DNA of 64,000 nt from Mobula hypostoma (taxonomy: Eukaryota), in the NCBI RefSeq assembly GCF_963921235.1, contig NC_086101.1:11782001-11846000 (forward strand), written 5' to 3'. This document shows, piece by piece, positions 26,003 to 38,627 of this stretch. The number at the start of each line of letters is the position of its first letter. The first letter of the stretch is position 1. The notes beneath the pieces are model-generated. The model was not told the DNA's origin. It made no database searches and saw nothing but the letters and a program-made list of their open reading frames with translations. A program made the position numbers and the translations under genes.

Positions 26003-26667
26003 GCGGGTCTCAGGGGCTGCGGGGTTAGAAACCCCATTGACAACAGGTGCTTTGGATCATTTCATCCATACCCAAGCTGGTTGCTTATTCCTGCTCAATC
26101 TTTCCTGTCTATGTGCCTGTCCTGATGACAGGCCACAATCAGTAAGGATAAACAGCATCATCTCAGCCACAATAGAAGCTTAGGTCCCACACTACCAGGT
26201 TTAGGGACTGTTATTACTCTTCCACCAACAGGCTCCTGAATCAGCATGGCTAGCTTCACTCACCTCAAATCTGAACTGATTCCACAACCTATCAACTCAT
26301 TTTCAAGAACTCTATAACTAATGTTCTCGATATTATTTATTCATGTACTTTATTTATTATTGGTTTTTTTCTTTTGCATATTGGTTTTTTGTCAATCTTC
26401 ATGTGTAGTTTTTCATTGGCTGTATAATGTTTCCCTTTGTTCTATAGTGAATGCCAACAAGAAAATGAATCACAGGGTAGTATATACTTACTTTGATAAT
26501 AAATTTACTTTGAACTTTGAGCAATTATTCTAAACACTACTGCTCCATAGGCTGTCCCTCGGCCCTCTACTCTACTCCCTGTACACTCTTGACTGTGTGA
26601 TCAGTTTCTGCTCTAACTCCCAGTACAAGTTCCCAGATGATATCACCATATTTGGCCATGTCTCAAA

Positions 26668-27075
26668 TAGGACCATAAGACATAGGAGCAGAATTAGTCT
26701 ATTCAGCCCATTGAGTCTGCTCCACCATTCCATCATGGCTGATCCTCAATCCCACTCAACCCTTCTTGCCTTCTCGCCATATCTTTGATGCCCTGACCGA
26801 TCAGGAAACGGTCAACTTCTGCCTTAAATATATCCACGGACTTGGCCTCCACTGCAGTCTGTGGCAGAGCATTCCACAGATTCACCACTCCCTGGCTAAA
26901 AAAATTCCTCCTTACCTCTGTTCTAAAAGGTTGAGGCTATGCCATCTAGTTCTGGATACACCCGTCATAGGAAAATTCCTCCCCACATCCACCTTATTCA
27001 GTCCTTTCACCATTCAGTAGTTTTCAATGAGATCCACAAGCACTCTTCCAAATTCCAGTGAGTACGGGCCCAAAG
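26668..27075 (-). mobile_element. CR1 3' end nested in a Rex1-like LINE remnant
   Basis: CR1 3'UTR (ACCATAAGACATAGGAGCAGAATTAG..); LINE remnants flank it at ~26530-26665 and ~27075-27760. Confidence 0.75.
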
Positions 27076-28744
27076 ATAAGTCGGAGTACAGGACTGAAAT
27101 AGAAAGCTTAGTAAGACACATAAAGTGCTGGAGAAGCTAAGCAGGTCAGGCTGCATTCATGGAAAAGAGTAAACAGGCGACTTTTCGGACGAGCATAAAA
27201 CATGCTGTCATGACACAACATTTCCCTCACTGTCAATGAAACAAACTATCTGGTCATGGACATCAGGCAGGGTGCATATCTCCTGTGTACATCAACGGTG
27301 TTTAAGTTGGGAGAGTCGAGAGCTTTAAATTGCTCAGAGTGGATATCACCAGTGTGGCCTCTCCTAGTCCAAACGCGTAGACGCCACGATCAAGAAAGCT
27401 CACCAATACCTCTACTTCCTCGGGCTGCTAAAGAATATGGCATGTCCACCATTTTTTAAGATAGGAAGTATTCTATCGGGACGAGAATGGGTTGGAATGG
27501 CAACTGCTTCTACACATGACCGCAGAGAGTTGTGGATACAGCTCAGTATGTCACGGAAACCAGCCTCCCCTCCATGGACTCTGTCTATAGTTCTCCCTGC
27601 CTCGGTCAAGCAATGAGGATAATCAAAGACAGCACCCACCCGGGCATTTCTGTCTTCTCCCTTCTTCTATCGGGCAGAAGATGCAAAAGCCCGAGACACG
27701 AACCACCAGGCTTAAGGACCATGCTGCTCGCCGTTTTAAGACTATTAAATGGTTTCCCAGAACGCTGAGATGGTTTCTCGGGTTCACAACCTCAAACAAG
27801 AGAAAATCTGCAGGTGCTGAAAATCCAAGCAACACACACAAAATGTTGGAGGAACTCAGTAGGTCAGGCAGCATCTATGAAAAAAAAGCACAGTCGACGT
27901 TTCGGGCCGAAACCCTCACTAAAATATTCAGTGAGCGGCAGTTCCGCGGGCGAAAACGCCATCTTGATAAGCGAGGCCAGACGGCTTCAAGCTGACAGGA
28001 AGGTGACAGTAACTCAAATAACCACGCGTGACAACAGTGGTGTGCAAAAGCGCATCTCCGAACGCACAAGTTGAACCTTAGAGTGGACGAACTACCGTAC
28101 TACAGCAGCAGACCAAGAACATATATCCACAGAGTGTATCATTCTGTCAAAAGTGGCTCTGATTTAAGCCTCGTTCCTGAACACAAGATCTATACTGACT
28201 TTCCCAGAGCAATACAAAACTCGTATTTTCATTCATCAACACTCACGACATCCTACAACTCACCTTACACACTGCGGCCGATTAACACCATCCTGCACGT
28301 TTTTACGGACCGGAGCACCGAGGTCCAGCGCGGTCACAGAGTACGCGCAAACTATACACACACACACACACACACGTTCGTGGAGCCGTCAGGCAGCAGC
28401 TCTACGAATTGCCGCCATGGTGGGCCTTCGTAGCGGCGATTAACCCAGTTCGCTGGTCGGGTCTGAAGCCACGGCGGGTACAGGTGTCAAAGAGGTCAGA
28501 CTGATTGCACTGAAATCTCCACCCTCCTACCCCACCCCTCTCCCTCCTTATTCTCCTCTTCCATGTCCTCCGTCCTATCCTGACCCCCACCGCTGCTCCT
28601 CGGTGGAATTTACCCCACTCCCAGCCTTTCCGCGGTCCAACTTTGCTTCCAGGGCGGTGGGAGTGAACGGCGCGTCAAAAGCGATCGTCGCGGCGAGCCA
28701 AGGCTGACCGTTACTTCCTGCGGCTCGGAGTGGCGACTGCGAAA

Positions 28745-29152
28745 ATGGCTTCCGCGGCCAAGGCCGACACTCTCACCGAGGCTTTGAAGTGTTCCATCTG
28801 CCATGATCTGTTTGCTGACCCGGTTTCCCTCGAGTGTGGGCACAACTTCTGCCACACGTGCGTCACCGAGTCCTGGCGGAACAAGGAGATAAAATCCTGC
28901 CCGGAGTGCGGAGAGGTGTTCCGGGAGAGGAACCTCAGGATCAACCGGGCCTTGGCGATCCTAGCCCAGAAAGCTCGAAAATCCAACCCGGGCTCGAAAA
29001 GGGCCAAAAGCAGACTGTGTAAGCAACATCGGGGAGATGTAATGCTCTTCTGTGACAATGACAGCGAGTTAATCTGTCTGAAATGTGTAGCAGCGCCCGA
29101 ACATGGAGACCACCGTTTCATGTCCATTAATGAAGCTGTTGAAACTTACAAG
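28745..29152 (+). CDS. TRIM-C exon 1 (RING + B-box2) of an intact 475-aa TRIM-B30.2 protein
   Basis: AAAATGG Kozak; MASAAKADTLTEALKCSICHDLFADPVSLECGHNFCHTC..CPEC; B-box; AAG|GTAAAC; 408 nt. The six exons sum to 1428 nt in frame. Confidence 0.95.
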
Positions 29153-29243
29153 GTAAACAAAAAAAGTCTCAGATTTTATTTTTTTAATCAGTGTTTGCAG
29201 GTAAATGTTCATCTGCTGAGTTTTTATTTTATTGTAATCCCAG

Positions 29244-29339
29244 GACCAGATGAAATCATCCTTTGAGACCCTCACAGTGAAGCAAACAGGGATTCTTGAA
29301 ATGGAGTGGCAGCAGAGACTGAAGATTTCCCGAATTAAG
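29244..29339 (+). CDS. TRIM-C exon 2 (coiled coil), GC donor
   Basis: CCAG|GAC; DQMKSSFETLTVKQTGILEMEWQQRLKISRIK; 96 nt; AAG|GCAAGC. Confidence 0.9.
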
Positions 29340-29439
29340 GCAAGCTCTCCTATGCTAACTTTACCCGTGTTTTTGATGGGTATGATGCCTTTCCTGCAAA
29401 ATGAAAGGTTGATTCGGGCACCAGTGGATTAGCAAAATG

Positions 29440-30970
29440 ACAGATGTTGGTATGCAGTGGTAACACCCAGGCTTCTGAAAGGGGTAGCTGAAAGGATTAT
29501 GGGGGCATTAGTAATGCCTTTTCTAGAATTACTAGATTCTGGAATGGTTCCAGAGGACTGGAAAATTGCAAATGTCACCCCACTCTTTAAGAAGGCTGGG
29601 AGACAGAAGAAAGGAAATTATAGGCCAGTCAGTGATTGGGAAGATGTTGGAGTATTATTAAGGAAGAGGTTTCGTGGTACTTGGAGGCTGAAGTCAGCAT
29701 AGTTTCCTTCAGGGGAAATCTTGCATGACAAATCTGTCGGCAATCTTTGAGGAAACAGCAGGCAAGAGAGTCAGTGCATGTTGTTTTCTTGGACTTTCAG
29801 AAGGCTTTTCACAGGTGCTGCATATGGGACTGCTTAACAAGATTAAAAAAAACCTTTGGTATTACAGTAAAGGTACTAGCATGGATAGAATATTGGCTGA
29901 TGTTCAGGAAACAAAGAGTGGGAATAAAGGGAATGGAAATAACTCTTCCCTGATTGGTTGCCAGTGACTGGTGGTGTTCCACAGGGTTGGTATTGGTCTG
30001 CTGCTATTAGCGTTACATAGCATTGACGTAGATGATGGAATTGATGGCTTTGAGTCCAAGTTGGTGGATGACATAAAGGAAGGTAGAGGGGCAGGCATTG
30101 TTGAGGAAGCAGGGAGTTTACAGAAGGACTTCTATAGATTAGGAGAATGGGCAAAGAAGTGGCAGATGGAAGACAGTATGGGGAAGTGTATGGCCATGCA
30201 CTTTGGTAGAAGGAATAAAGACATAGATTATTTTCTAAATGGGGAGCAAATTCAGAAATCAGAGGTGCAAAGGGACTTGGGAGTCCTAATGCAGGAATCC
30301 CTGAAGGTTCACTTGTAGGTTGAGTTGGTAGTAAGGAAGACAAACACAATGTTAGCATTCATTCTCAGCGGACTAGAGTATGACAGTAAGGATGCAATGC
30401 TGAGACATTGGTCAGGCCACACCTGGAGTATTTCGAGCAGCTTTTGTACCTTAGGTAAGAAAGAGTGTGCCAGCGTTGGAGAGGATCCAGAGGAGGTTCA
30501 CAGAATGGTCCAGGGGATCAAACGGTTAATGTATGAGGAACATTTGATGACTTTAGACCTGTACTCACTGGAGCTTAGAAGAATGAGGGAGAATCTCTTT
30601 CACACCTGTCAGACATTGAAAGGCCCAGATAGGTTGGATGTGGAGAGGATGTTTCCAATAGAGGGGGAGTCCAGGACCGGAGGGCACAGGCGCAGAATAC
30701 TGGAACATCCCTTTAGGACAGAGATAAGGATGAATTTCTTTAGCCAGAAGATGGTGAATCTGTGGAAATTATTGCCATGGATGGCTTTGGAGACCACACC
30801 ACTGGGTACATTTAAAGCAAAGATTGGGAGATTCTTAATTAGTTGAGGTGTCAAGTGTTACAGGGAGATGGCAGGACATTTGGATTGGGAAGAAAAAGAG
30901 ATCAGCCATGATGACATAATGCCGAGCAGACTCGATGTGATAAAAGGCCAAATCCTGCTCATACATCTTA
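29440..30970 (+). mobile_element. Old CR1 LINE in TRIM-C intron 2
   Basis: LDSGMVPEDWKIANVTPLFKKAGRQKKGNYRPVS; VFLDFQKAF; EVQRDLGVLM; many frameshifts. Confidence 0.9.
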
Positions 30971-31221
30971 GGATAATTAGTTTGCTATTTTCACAGATAA
31001 GGAGATACAGTGAAAAGGTTTTGTAGCACACCATCTAGACAGTAAGTTCATCAAGGAAGCACAAGAGGGATAAATAAACAGTTGAAATATATAGAGCTAC
31101 ATTTCAAGAGACATTGCCATGCAGGTAGACAAATAAATACAAGGGCAAGACGAGATAGTCTGAAAGATCATGAGCTCATCTTTATCATATACTGGGGTCC
31201 AGTTAAGGGTCTTAAAACAAA

Positions 31222-31905
31222 GTAGTGGTAGTAGTAGTAGTCATAGTCATACTTTATTGATCCCGGAGGAAATTGGTTTTCGTTACAGTTGCACCATAAA
31301 TAATAAATAGTAATAGAACCATAAATAGTTAAATAGTAATATGTAAATTTTGCCAATAAATTATGAAATAAGTCCAGGACCAGCCTATTGGCTCAGGGTG
31401 TCTGACCCTCCAAGGGAGGAGTTGTAAAGTTTGATGGCCACAGGCAGGAATGACTTCCTATGATGCTCTGTGTTACATCTCGGTGGAATGAGTCTCTGGC
31501 TGAATGTACTCCTGTGCCCACCCAGTACATTATGTAGTGGATGGGAGACATTGACCAAGATGGCATGCAACTTAGACAGCATCCTCTTTTCAGACACCAC
31601 AGTGAGAGTCCAGTTCCATCCCCACAACATCACTGGCCTTATGAATGAGTTTGTTGATTCTGTTGGTGTCTGCTACCCTCAGCCTGCTGCCCCAGCACAC
31701 AACAGCAAACATGATAGCACTGGCCACCACAGACTCGTAGAACATCCTCAGCGTCGTCTGGCAGATGTTAAAGGACCTCAGTCTCCTCAGGAAATAGAGA
31801 CGGCTCTGTCCCTTCTTGTAGACAGCCTCAGTGTTCTTTGACCAGTCCAGTTTATTGTCAATTCGTATCCCCAGGTATTTGTAATCATCCAGCATGTCCA
31901 CACTG
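31222..31905 (-). mobile_element. Rex1/Babar-type LINE 3' part (copy 2)
   Basis: YKYLGIRIDNKLDWSKNTEAVYKKGQSRLYFLRRLRSF; same family as 18531-19490. Confidence 0.9.
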
Positions 31906-31989
31906 CCCTAGAGCTTAGTGGTATGTGTTCTCAAGCATTTGTATCTTCTCCCTGCTGGGAGGGGAGGGGCGAGAAAAGAGTACGACCAA

Positions 31990-32465
31990 GGTGGGAAGGA
32001 TGTGGAGGTTTTGGAGAGGGTGCAGAGGAGATTTACCAGGGTGCTGCCTGGATTAGAGAGCATGTCTTATGAGGAAAGGTTGAGTGAGCTCGGAGTCTTC
32101 TCTCTGGAGAGGAGGAATTGACTTGATAGAGATGTACAAGATGATCAGAGGCATAGATCAGGTGGACAGCAAGAGACACTTTTCCCAGGGATAGCAATGC
32201 CTGATAATGTGCATAATTTTAAGGTGATTGGGGAAACAATGGGGAGGATTTCAGAGGAAAACTTTTTACAGAGTGTGGTGAGTTTGTGGAAAGGACTGCT
32301 AGGGATGGTGATAGAGACACGTACATTAGGGACATTGAAGCGACTCCTAGGTAGGCACACAGATGGAAGAAAAGTTGAAGGCTATGTGGGAAGGAAGAGT
32401 TGGATTGATCTTGGAGTAGATTAAAGCACAACATCATGGGCTGAATGGCCTGTACAGTGCTGTAC
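31990..32465 (+). mobile_element. CR1 3' fragment
   Basis: [33 protein letters not shown]. Confidence 0.85.
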
Positions 32466-32550
32466 ATTTGGGCTTTATGATAGTTGCTGAGATGAAAATG
32501 TATATATTGTCAATTATGCATGAAAGAGTTTTTATTTTTACTTTTTTATT

Positions 32551-32650
32551 CAGTCCTGATGAAGGGTCTCGGCCCAAAACATCGACTGTACCTCTTCCTA
32601 TAGATGCTGCCTGGCCTGCTGCGTTCACCAGCAACTTTGATGTGTGTTGC
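32551..32650 (+). mobile_element. Penelope-like terminal repeat fragment with a mutated hammerhead motif
   Basis: CAGTC-CTGATGA-A-GGGTCTCGGCCC-AAAA-CATC-GACTG (GAAA changed to AAAA). Confidence 0.75.
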
Positions 32651-32933
32651 TTTTTTATTTGAATCTAGATTCCCATTGACCCAGGCCTGCTTCACAGTAT
32701 CTGTCTTAACTATTTTTGAGATAGTTCCACGGTTTAGAAGCCTTAGTTGCTGGCATACTATAACTAATTACAGATTAACACCGGATCTAATAATTACTGA
32801 TTACTCCTTTATTGTCCTCCCTGCTTCCAGAATCCTGTTACCGCTCCTTTTAAGAGATCCTTGCATTCGTAGATGCATAAGTCTTGCACTGAAATCGTAC
32901 ATCATTTGTAATTCTCCACGTCTCATCTCACAG

Positions 32934-33167
32934 GAACAGTCCCTCAAACTGCAGAGCAACATCAAAAACGAGTACGCAAAAATGCACCAAATTCTCAGCG
33001 AGAAAGAGCAGCGTTTAATCAGGGAGCTCAAGAAACAAGAGGAGAACATTCTGGAAATGATGGGACTGAATCTTCAAGAAATCCAAGACTACTTAAGTAC
33101 CGTTGATGTGAAAATATCAAAGTTAAACCAAAGGATGTATGTGAGAGACAGTGTGGCACTTCTGAAG
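32934..33167 (+). CDS. TRIM-C exon 3 (coiled coil)
   Basis: ACAG|GAA; EQSLKLQSNIKNEYAKMHQILSEKEQRLIRELKKQEE..VALLK; AAG|GTGAGG; 234 nt. Confidence 0.95.
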
Positions 33168-33617
33168 GTGAGGGATTAGTTTCATTTAAGAGTCTGACAA
33201 ACTATACACAATGACATGTTGAAGTCTGAGATACTTAAGCCCATCGCTGCTACTGGGGCATGGGCTGCTGACAGCAGCTTCCAGAGCCCTCTGTTCTGGG
33301 TCAGTTTTAATCTGTCCACAGGTGTAGCTCATCATTGAAGATCCTTCCTGTCCCTGGCATGAGGTCTTCAGAGCTTCTGCTGGCCTTTCTGTAGCTCTTG
33401 GTTGTTACAGGGATGGTGTTAGTATCCCCAAGCCCAAACCTCCTCCTTCATCAGCCAGGCTTGGGAGTGTCATGGAGGAGTCGATCTCCAGATCAGTGCA
33501 CCACTTTCCTCAGTCATCGAAAGTTATCTAAACCAATCAATTGCTTCTACAGTATGTATGCTCTGGAACAGATAGGGACAGGTTGTTGCCACTTCCTTGC
33601 CCATTCTCCTAATCTGT

Positions 33618-33793
33618 CTGGTGAATGCAGCAGGCCAGGCAGCATCTCTAGGAAGAGGTACAGTCAAAGGGTCTCGGCCTGAAACGTCGACTGTACCTCT
33701 TCCTAGAGATGCTGCCTGGCCTGCTGCGTTCACCAGCAACTTTGCTGTGTGTTGCTTGAATTTCCAGCATCTGCTGAATTCCTCTTCTTTGCG
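33618..33793 (+). mobile_element. Short fold-back Penelope-like insertion with target-site duplication
   Basis: 48-bp inverted arms 33618-33665 and 33689-33736; direct repeat CTCCTAATCTGTCTG at 33606-33620 and 33794-33808. Confidence 0.85.
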
Positions 33794-33809
33794 CTCCTAA
33801 TCTGTCTGT

Positions 33810-35300
33810 CTTTTTGCAGCCTTCCCTTTTCCCCAACACTACCTGCCCATCCACCAATTGACTGCAACATCTTCCCAGCCACTGAAGTCAGGCTAAATGA
33901 TCTGTAATTCCCTTTCTGCTGCCTTCCTCCTTTCTTAAAAAGTGGAGTGACATTTGCAATTTTCCGATCCTTTGGCACCATGCCAGAGTCCAGTGATTTT
34001 TGAAAGGTCATTACTAGTGCCTCCACAATCTGTACCGCTTCCTCTTCAGAATCCTGAGGTGCAGTTCACCTGGTCTGGGTGACTTATGTACCCTCAGGTC
34101 TTTCAGCTTTTTGATTACCTTCTCCCTTGTAATAGTAACTGAACTCACTTCTCCTCCCTCACACCCTTAAACATCTGGCATACTACTAGTGTCTTCCACT
34201 GTGAAGACTGATGCAAAATACTCATTAACTTCATCTGCCCTTTTCCTTGGCCCCCATTATTATTTCTCCAACCTCATTTTCTAGCAGTCCTATATCCTCT
34301 CTCATCTCTCTTTTATTTTTTACATACTTGAAAAAGCTTTTACTATCCAGTTTGATAGTGTTTGCCAGCTTGCTTTCATATTTCATCTCTTCCCTTCTAA
34401 TGACTCTTTTAGTTGTTCTCAGTAGGTTTTTAAAAGCTTCCCAGTCCTCAATATTCCTGCTAATTTTTGCTTTGTTGTATGCCCTCCCTTTTGCTTTGAC
34501 ATTAGCTTTTATTTCCCTTGTCAGCCACAGTTTTATTATTTTGCCATTTAAGTATTTCTTTGCTTTTGGAATACATATAACCATATAACAATTACAGCAC
34601 GGAAACAGGCCATCTCGGCCTTCTAGTCCATGACAAACTCTTACTCTCACCTAGTCCCACCGACCTGCACTCAAGCCCATAACCCTCCATTCCTTTCCTG
34701 TCCATATATCTATCCAATTTAACTTTAAATGACAACATTGAACCTGCCTCGACCACTTCTGCTGGAAGCTCTATGCACACAGCTACCACTCTCTGAGTAA
34801 AGAAGTTCCCCCTCATGTTACCTCTAAACTTTTGCCCTTTAACTCTCAACTCATGTCCTCTTGTTTGAACCTTCCCCCACTCTCAATCGAAAAAGCCTAT
34901 CCACGTCAACTCTGTCTATCCCCCTCATAATTTTAAAGACCTCTATCAAGTCCCCCCTCAACGTTCCTTGGTTGGGGGGTTGTCTTGGATTTCTTGAAGA
35001 TTCAGTCCCATCACTTCCAACCTTCCAACATCTACTCTGCACCTCCCTCATTTTTCCCAGAAACTCGTGCCATTGCTGCTCTGTTGTCATCCCTGCCAGC
35101 ATCTCCTTCCAATTTACTTTGGCCTAATCCTCTCTCATACTGCTGTAATTTTCTTTACTCCACTAAAATACTGATGCATCAGACTTTACCTTCTCCCTAT
35201 CAAATTTCAAGTTGAACTCAATCATATTGTGGTCACTGCTTCCTAAGGATTCTTTTACCTTAAGCTCCCTAATCGCCTCTGGTTCATTACATAACACCCA
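33810..35300 (-). mobile_element. CR1 fragments with a nested younger CR1 3' end (~34575-34960)
   Basis: EALVMTFQKSLDSGMVPKD..; WLTREIKANVKAK..DSKSFFKYVKNKR; nested FFTQRVV..KLDRYMD. Confidence 0.85.
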
Positions 35301-36020
35301 ATCTCACCACAGTCTGTATGGAGTTTGTATATTCTCCCCATGAATGCACGGGATCCCCTGTGTGCCTCAGTTTCTTTCCAAAGGCGTTTGCTTAGGGTTA
35401 ATAAGTTATGGGCATGCATCAGCAGCTTTCCTCGTGTTTACGGGCATGCTGTGTTGGCGGCAGAAGTGTGGCAACACTTGCAGGCTGCCCTGGCATATTC
35501 CTCACTGATTTGATTTGACACAAACAGCATCTTTCACTGTATGTTTTGATGTTTTGATACACATGTCAGAAATAAAGCTGATCTTTATCCAATGTCCATC
35601 TTCTTGCTCCACCCATCACTTTCAGCCTAAGCTTCCCTTTATTCTGATCTTCGTTGATAGCTGACTGGTCTTTGCCCTTACAATCACTACTGGATAATGT
35701 AGTCACAAGCTTAAAGAGATTAGCTTTGTTGGTCACATCTACATTGAAGCGTAATGTGTCACTTTGCGTTAACAACCAACACAGTGCTGGGGCAGCCATC
35801 AAGTATCGCCGCATTTCTGCTGCCAACATAACGTGCCACAGCTCACTAACCCTAACCAGTATATCTTTGGAATATGGGAGGAAAACGAAGCACCCAAAGG
35901 AAACCTGCGCAGTCACGGACAGAATTCCTTACAGAGAGCGGCGAGACCGGAACCCCAATCGGTTGATTGCTGGCTCTGTGAAGTGATTGTGCTGTCTATT
36001 AGTTCCTGTCTCAGGTCTGC

Positions 36021-36252
36021 TATCCCAGACACACTCATATTGTCTGACTCTTGTTGCACTATCTCAGACACTCTCACATCGTTTGACCCTTGGTCCATTA
36101 TCCCAGACACACTCACATTGTCTGACCCTTGATCCACTCTCCCAGACACTCACACATCACTTGACCCTTGGTCCATTATCCCAGACTCCCTCACATTGTT
36201 TGACCCTTGTTACACTTTGCCGAACATTCTCACATTGTTTGACCCTTGACCC
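36021..36252. repeat. 39-bp minisatellite, about 6 diverged copies
   Basis: Unit about TATCCCAGACACACTCACATTGTCTGACCCTTGGTCCAT at 36021, 36060, 36099, 36138, 36177 and 36216. Confidence 0.9.
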
Positions 36253-37357
36253 AAGTTTCAGAAGAGAAAGTGCCAGCATTATAATCAGTTTATTTCATCA
36301 TCAGAGTTCAGTCATTCCTAGCATTCTGTGGGGGTTGCTAAGAAAGATTACTTTAATGACAGTACCCTGTTTCACATATAAGGACCAAAAACAAGACGGA
36401 AAATGCTGAGCCAGCAACTGTGGAAAGAGAAGCAGAAAGTCAGGTTAAAGACCCTCGCATGGGTTGAGTGGAATAGTTTATCCTGGACAGACTCTGGCAC
36501 GGCATGGTGGCACTGAAGGCGTGATGTTGCCTCACAGCTCAGATTCTGTGCTGATGTCCAGCACACATCCTCCTGTTGACCATGTGGGTTTCCCGGGGGT
36601 GTGGCTCACCCCCGCAGGGTGCTCACTGTAATACGAGCACCAGCCCTCTTCACCCGCCACCCCCCCCACAGTCGGGGGGCAGTTCAGAATCGGATGAAGT
36701 TGGTGAGAGTGAGTAGGATACAGGGGGATAAGTAGGGGAAGGGGGATGGGAATGGTTGGATTGCTATGAGAGCTGGCATAGAATCATGGGCCGAATGGCC
36801 TCCTTTGTCTGCTTGAGGCCGAAGACAGCCTGTCCTGCAGTTGGAACAGGGTTTGTTCTGCTATTGTGATTTTGTTACTGTTGTTGTTCCTTTGAACATT
36901 GTGGGCATGCTGTGTAGGCGTCAGAATGTGTGGAGACCTTTGTGAACTTCTCCCAGCATGTCCTTGAGTTGTGTCGGTTGTTAACACAAGACAATGCATT
37001 TCACTGTCTGTGTCAATGCTCTGTATGCATGTTAATTAAATGAATCTGAACCTGAGCTATTTAACTCACAATGTTAGAAACTTATGTCAGGTCTCCCCTC
37101 AGCATCTACCACTCCAAAAGCAACCCAAGAATGTGCAACCCCTCCTCTGTGGGATTGGGGAGTCAAATTGTTATTTTTCTTGTAGTTTAACTTTCCTGTG
37201 CTTTCTTGTATTTTTATATAATCACCTATATACATGAAACTGTTCAGTGAATTTTCCAGTAATTACGATACGGTTGCTTCTGTATTTTTTCAGAAGCTTC
37301 TTAGTTTTCAGTAGCAGGTTTCCCACCACTAGAATTTGGCTGTTTTATATGTTAATT

Positions 37358-37742
37358 TGGGTGGCAAAGCGGAGATACGTTTCTACCAAAGGAGGTGTAA
37401 GGCGCTCCTTCCCACCAATAGCCTGCAGGTCACCCTTGGGCAAGGTGTAGCGCCTGTTTAGTCCCTCGATCAGGGTCATGTGAAGCCCTGGGAGCAGGTG
37501 GTGGGTGGTCGTACAGTGTGAGCAGCCGGTGCATATCACAGTTCCTGGTTATGCAGCCACTGATGTCAGGCAGACCATCTCTGAAGATTATTGACAATGG
37601 TTGGGGTCACCCATCTTGTAAAGACACTGCCCAGAAGAAGGCAATGGCAAACCGTTCCTGTAGAAATATTGCCAAGAACAGTTATGGTCATGAGACCGTG
37701 ATCATTACATCATACGACATAGCGCATAATGAAGATGAAGGG
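37358..37742 (+). mobile_element. RTE-related SINE or non-autonomous element
   Basis: GAAGAAGGCAATGGCAAACC..TTGCCAAGAA motif typical of RTE-partnered SINEs; short (GAT/GAA) tail. Confidence 0.55.
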
Positions 37743-38407
37743 TTCATTGTCATCACTGGGATTTTGTTCTCTCTAGTCTGACCATGACTGCTTTTTCCTT
37801 GTTCGCTCAGCTTCTTTCTTTGTTCTTGTTACATCAGTCATACACCACAGGGTTTAAGCCTTTTGTTTTTGACTTCCGAAGGACCTTTGGATTGCAAAAA
37901 CACTAGAGCCCAACAGCTGTGTGCTGTATGGAAAGATTTCAAAACTATCGATTCCATGTTCAGGTGATTAATGACTGTGATATTTGTTAGCATTCAATAA
38001 TAGATACCTCAAGAAAGTTGTACAGTTAACCGTTCATGGGCTGTGGAAACGTGCAGTTATCACCCGTCACTGAATGCGTTGAGAAGGTGACACTGAGCCT
38101 CAGCAGTGCTTACAGACAGCACAACAGGTCACTTGGCTGATTGGGTCCATGCCAGTAGAGCAATCCCAGCATTTCCACCCACCACCCACCACCATTATCA
38201 CCATGCATACAACTCATTCTCTCTCAGATGCACTCTGACTCTAATGGACTTACAGGGCAGCGTAGGGATCAACAACCCCGCGCTGCCCAGTTACACCAAC
38301 TAACCTACTAACCCATACACTTTCGGAATATGGAGGAAACCCATGCAGCCACAGGGGAGAGCATACACACTCCTTATGGACAGTGCTGGAAGTAAACTCG
38401 GATGGCA

Positions 38408-38625
38408 GATGAAGCCACACTCAGGTTGGAGGAACAACACCTTATATTCCATCTGGGTAGCCTCCAACTTGATGGCATGAACATTGACTTCTCTAACTTC
38501 CGCTAATGCCCCACCTCCCCCTCGTACCCCATCTGTTATTTATTTATACACACACATTCCTTTTCTCTCTCTCTCCTTTTTCTCCCTCTGTCCCTCTGAC
38601 TATACCCCTTGCCCATCCTCTGGGT
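38408..38625 (+). mobile_element. Penelope-like GIY-YIG C-terminus and start of terminal repeat
   Basis: DEATLRLEEQHLIFHLGSLQLDGMNIDFSNFR*, matching the 58520-58620 region. Confidence 0.8.
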
Positions 38626-38627
38626 AT

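Noticed and set aside
32604..33179. 191-aa ORF as a separate gene
   Set aside because: Only 32934-33167 is TRIM exon 3; the upstream part is repeat and intron sequence.
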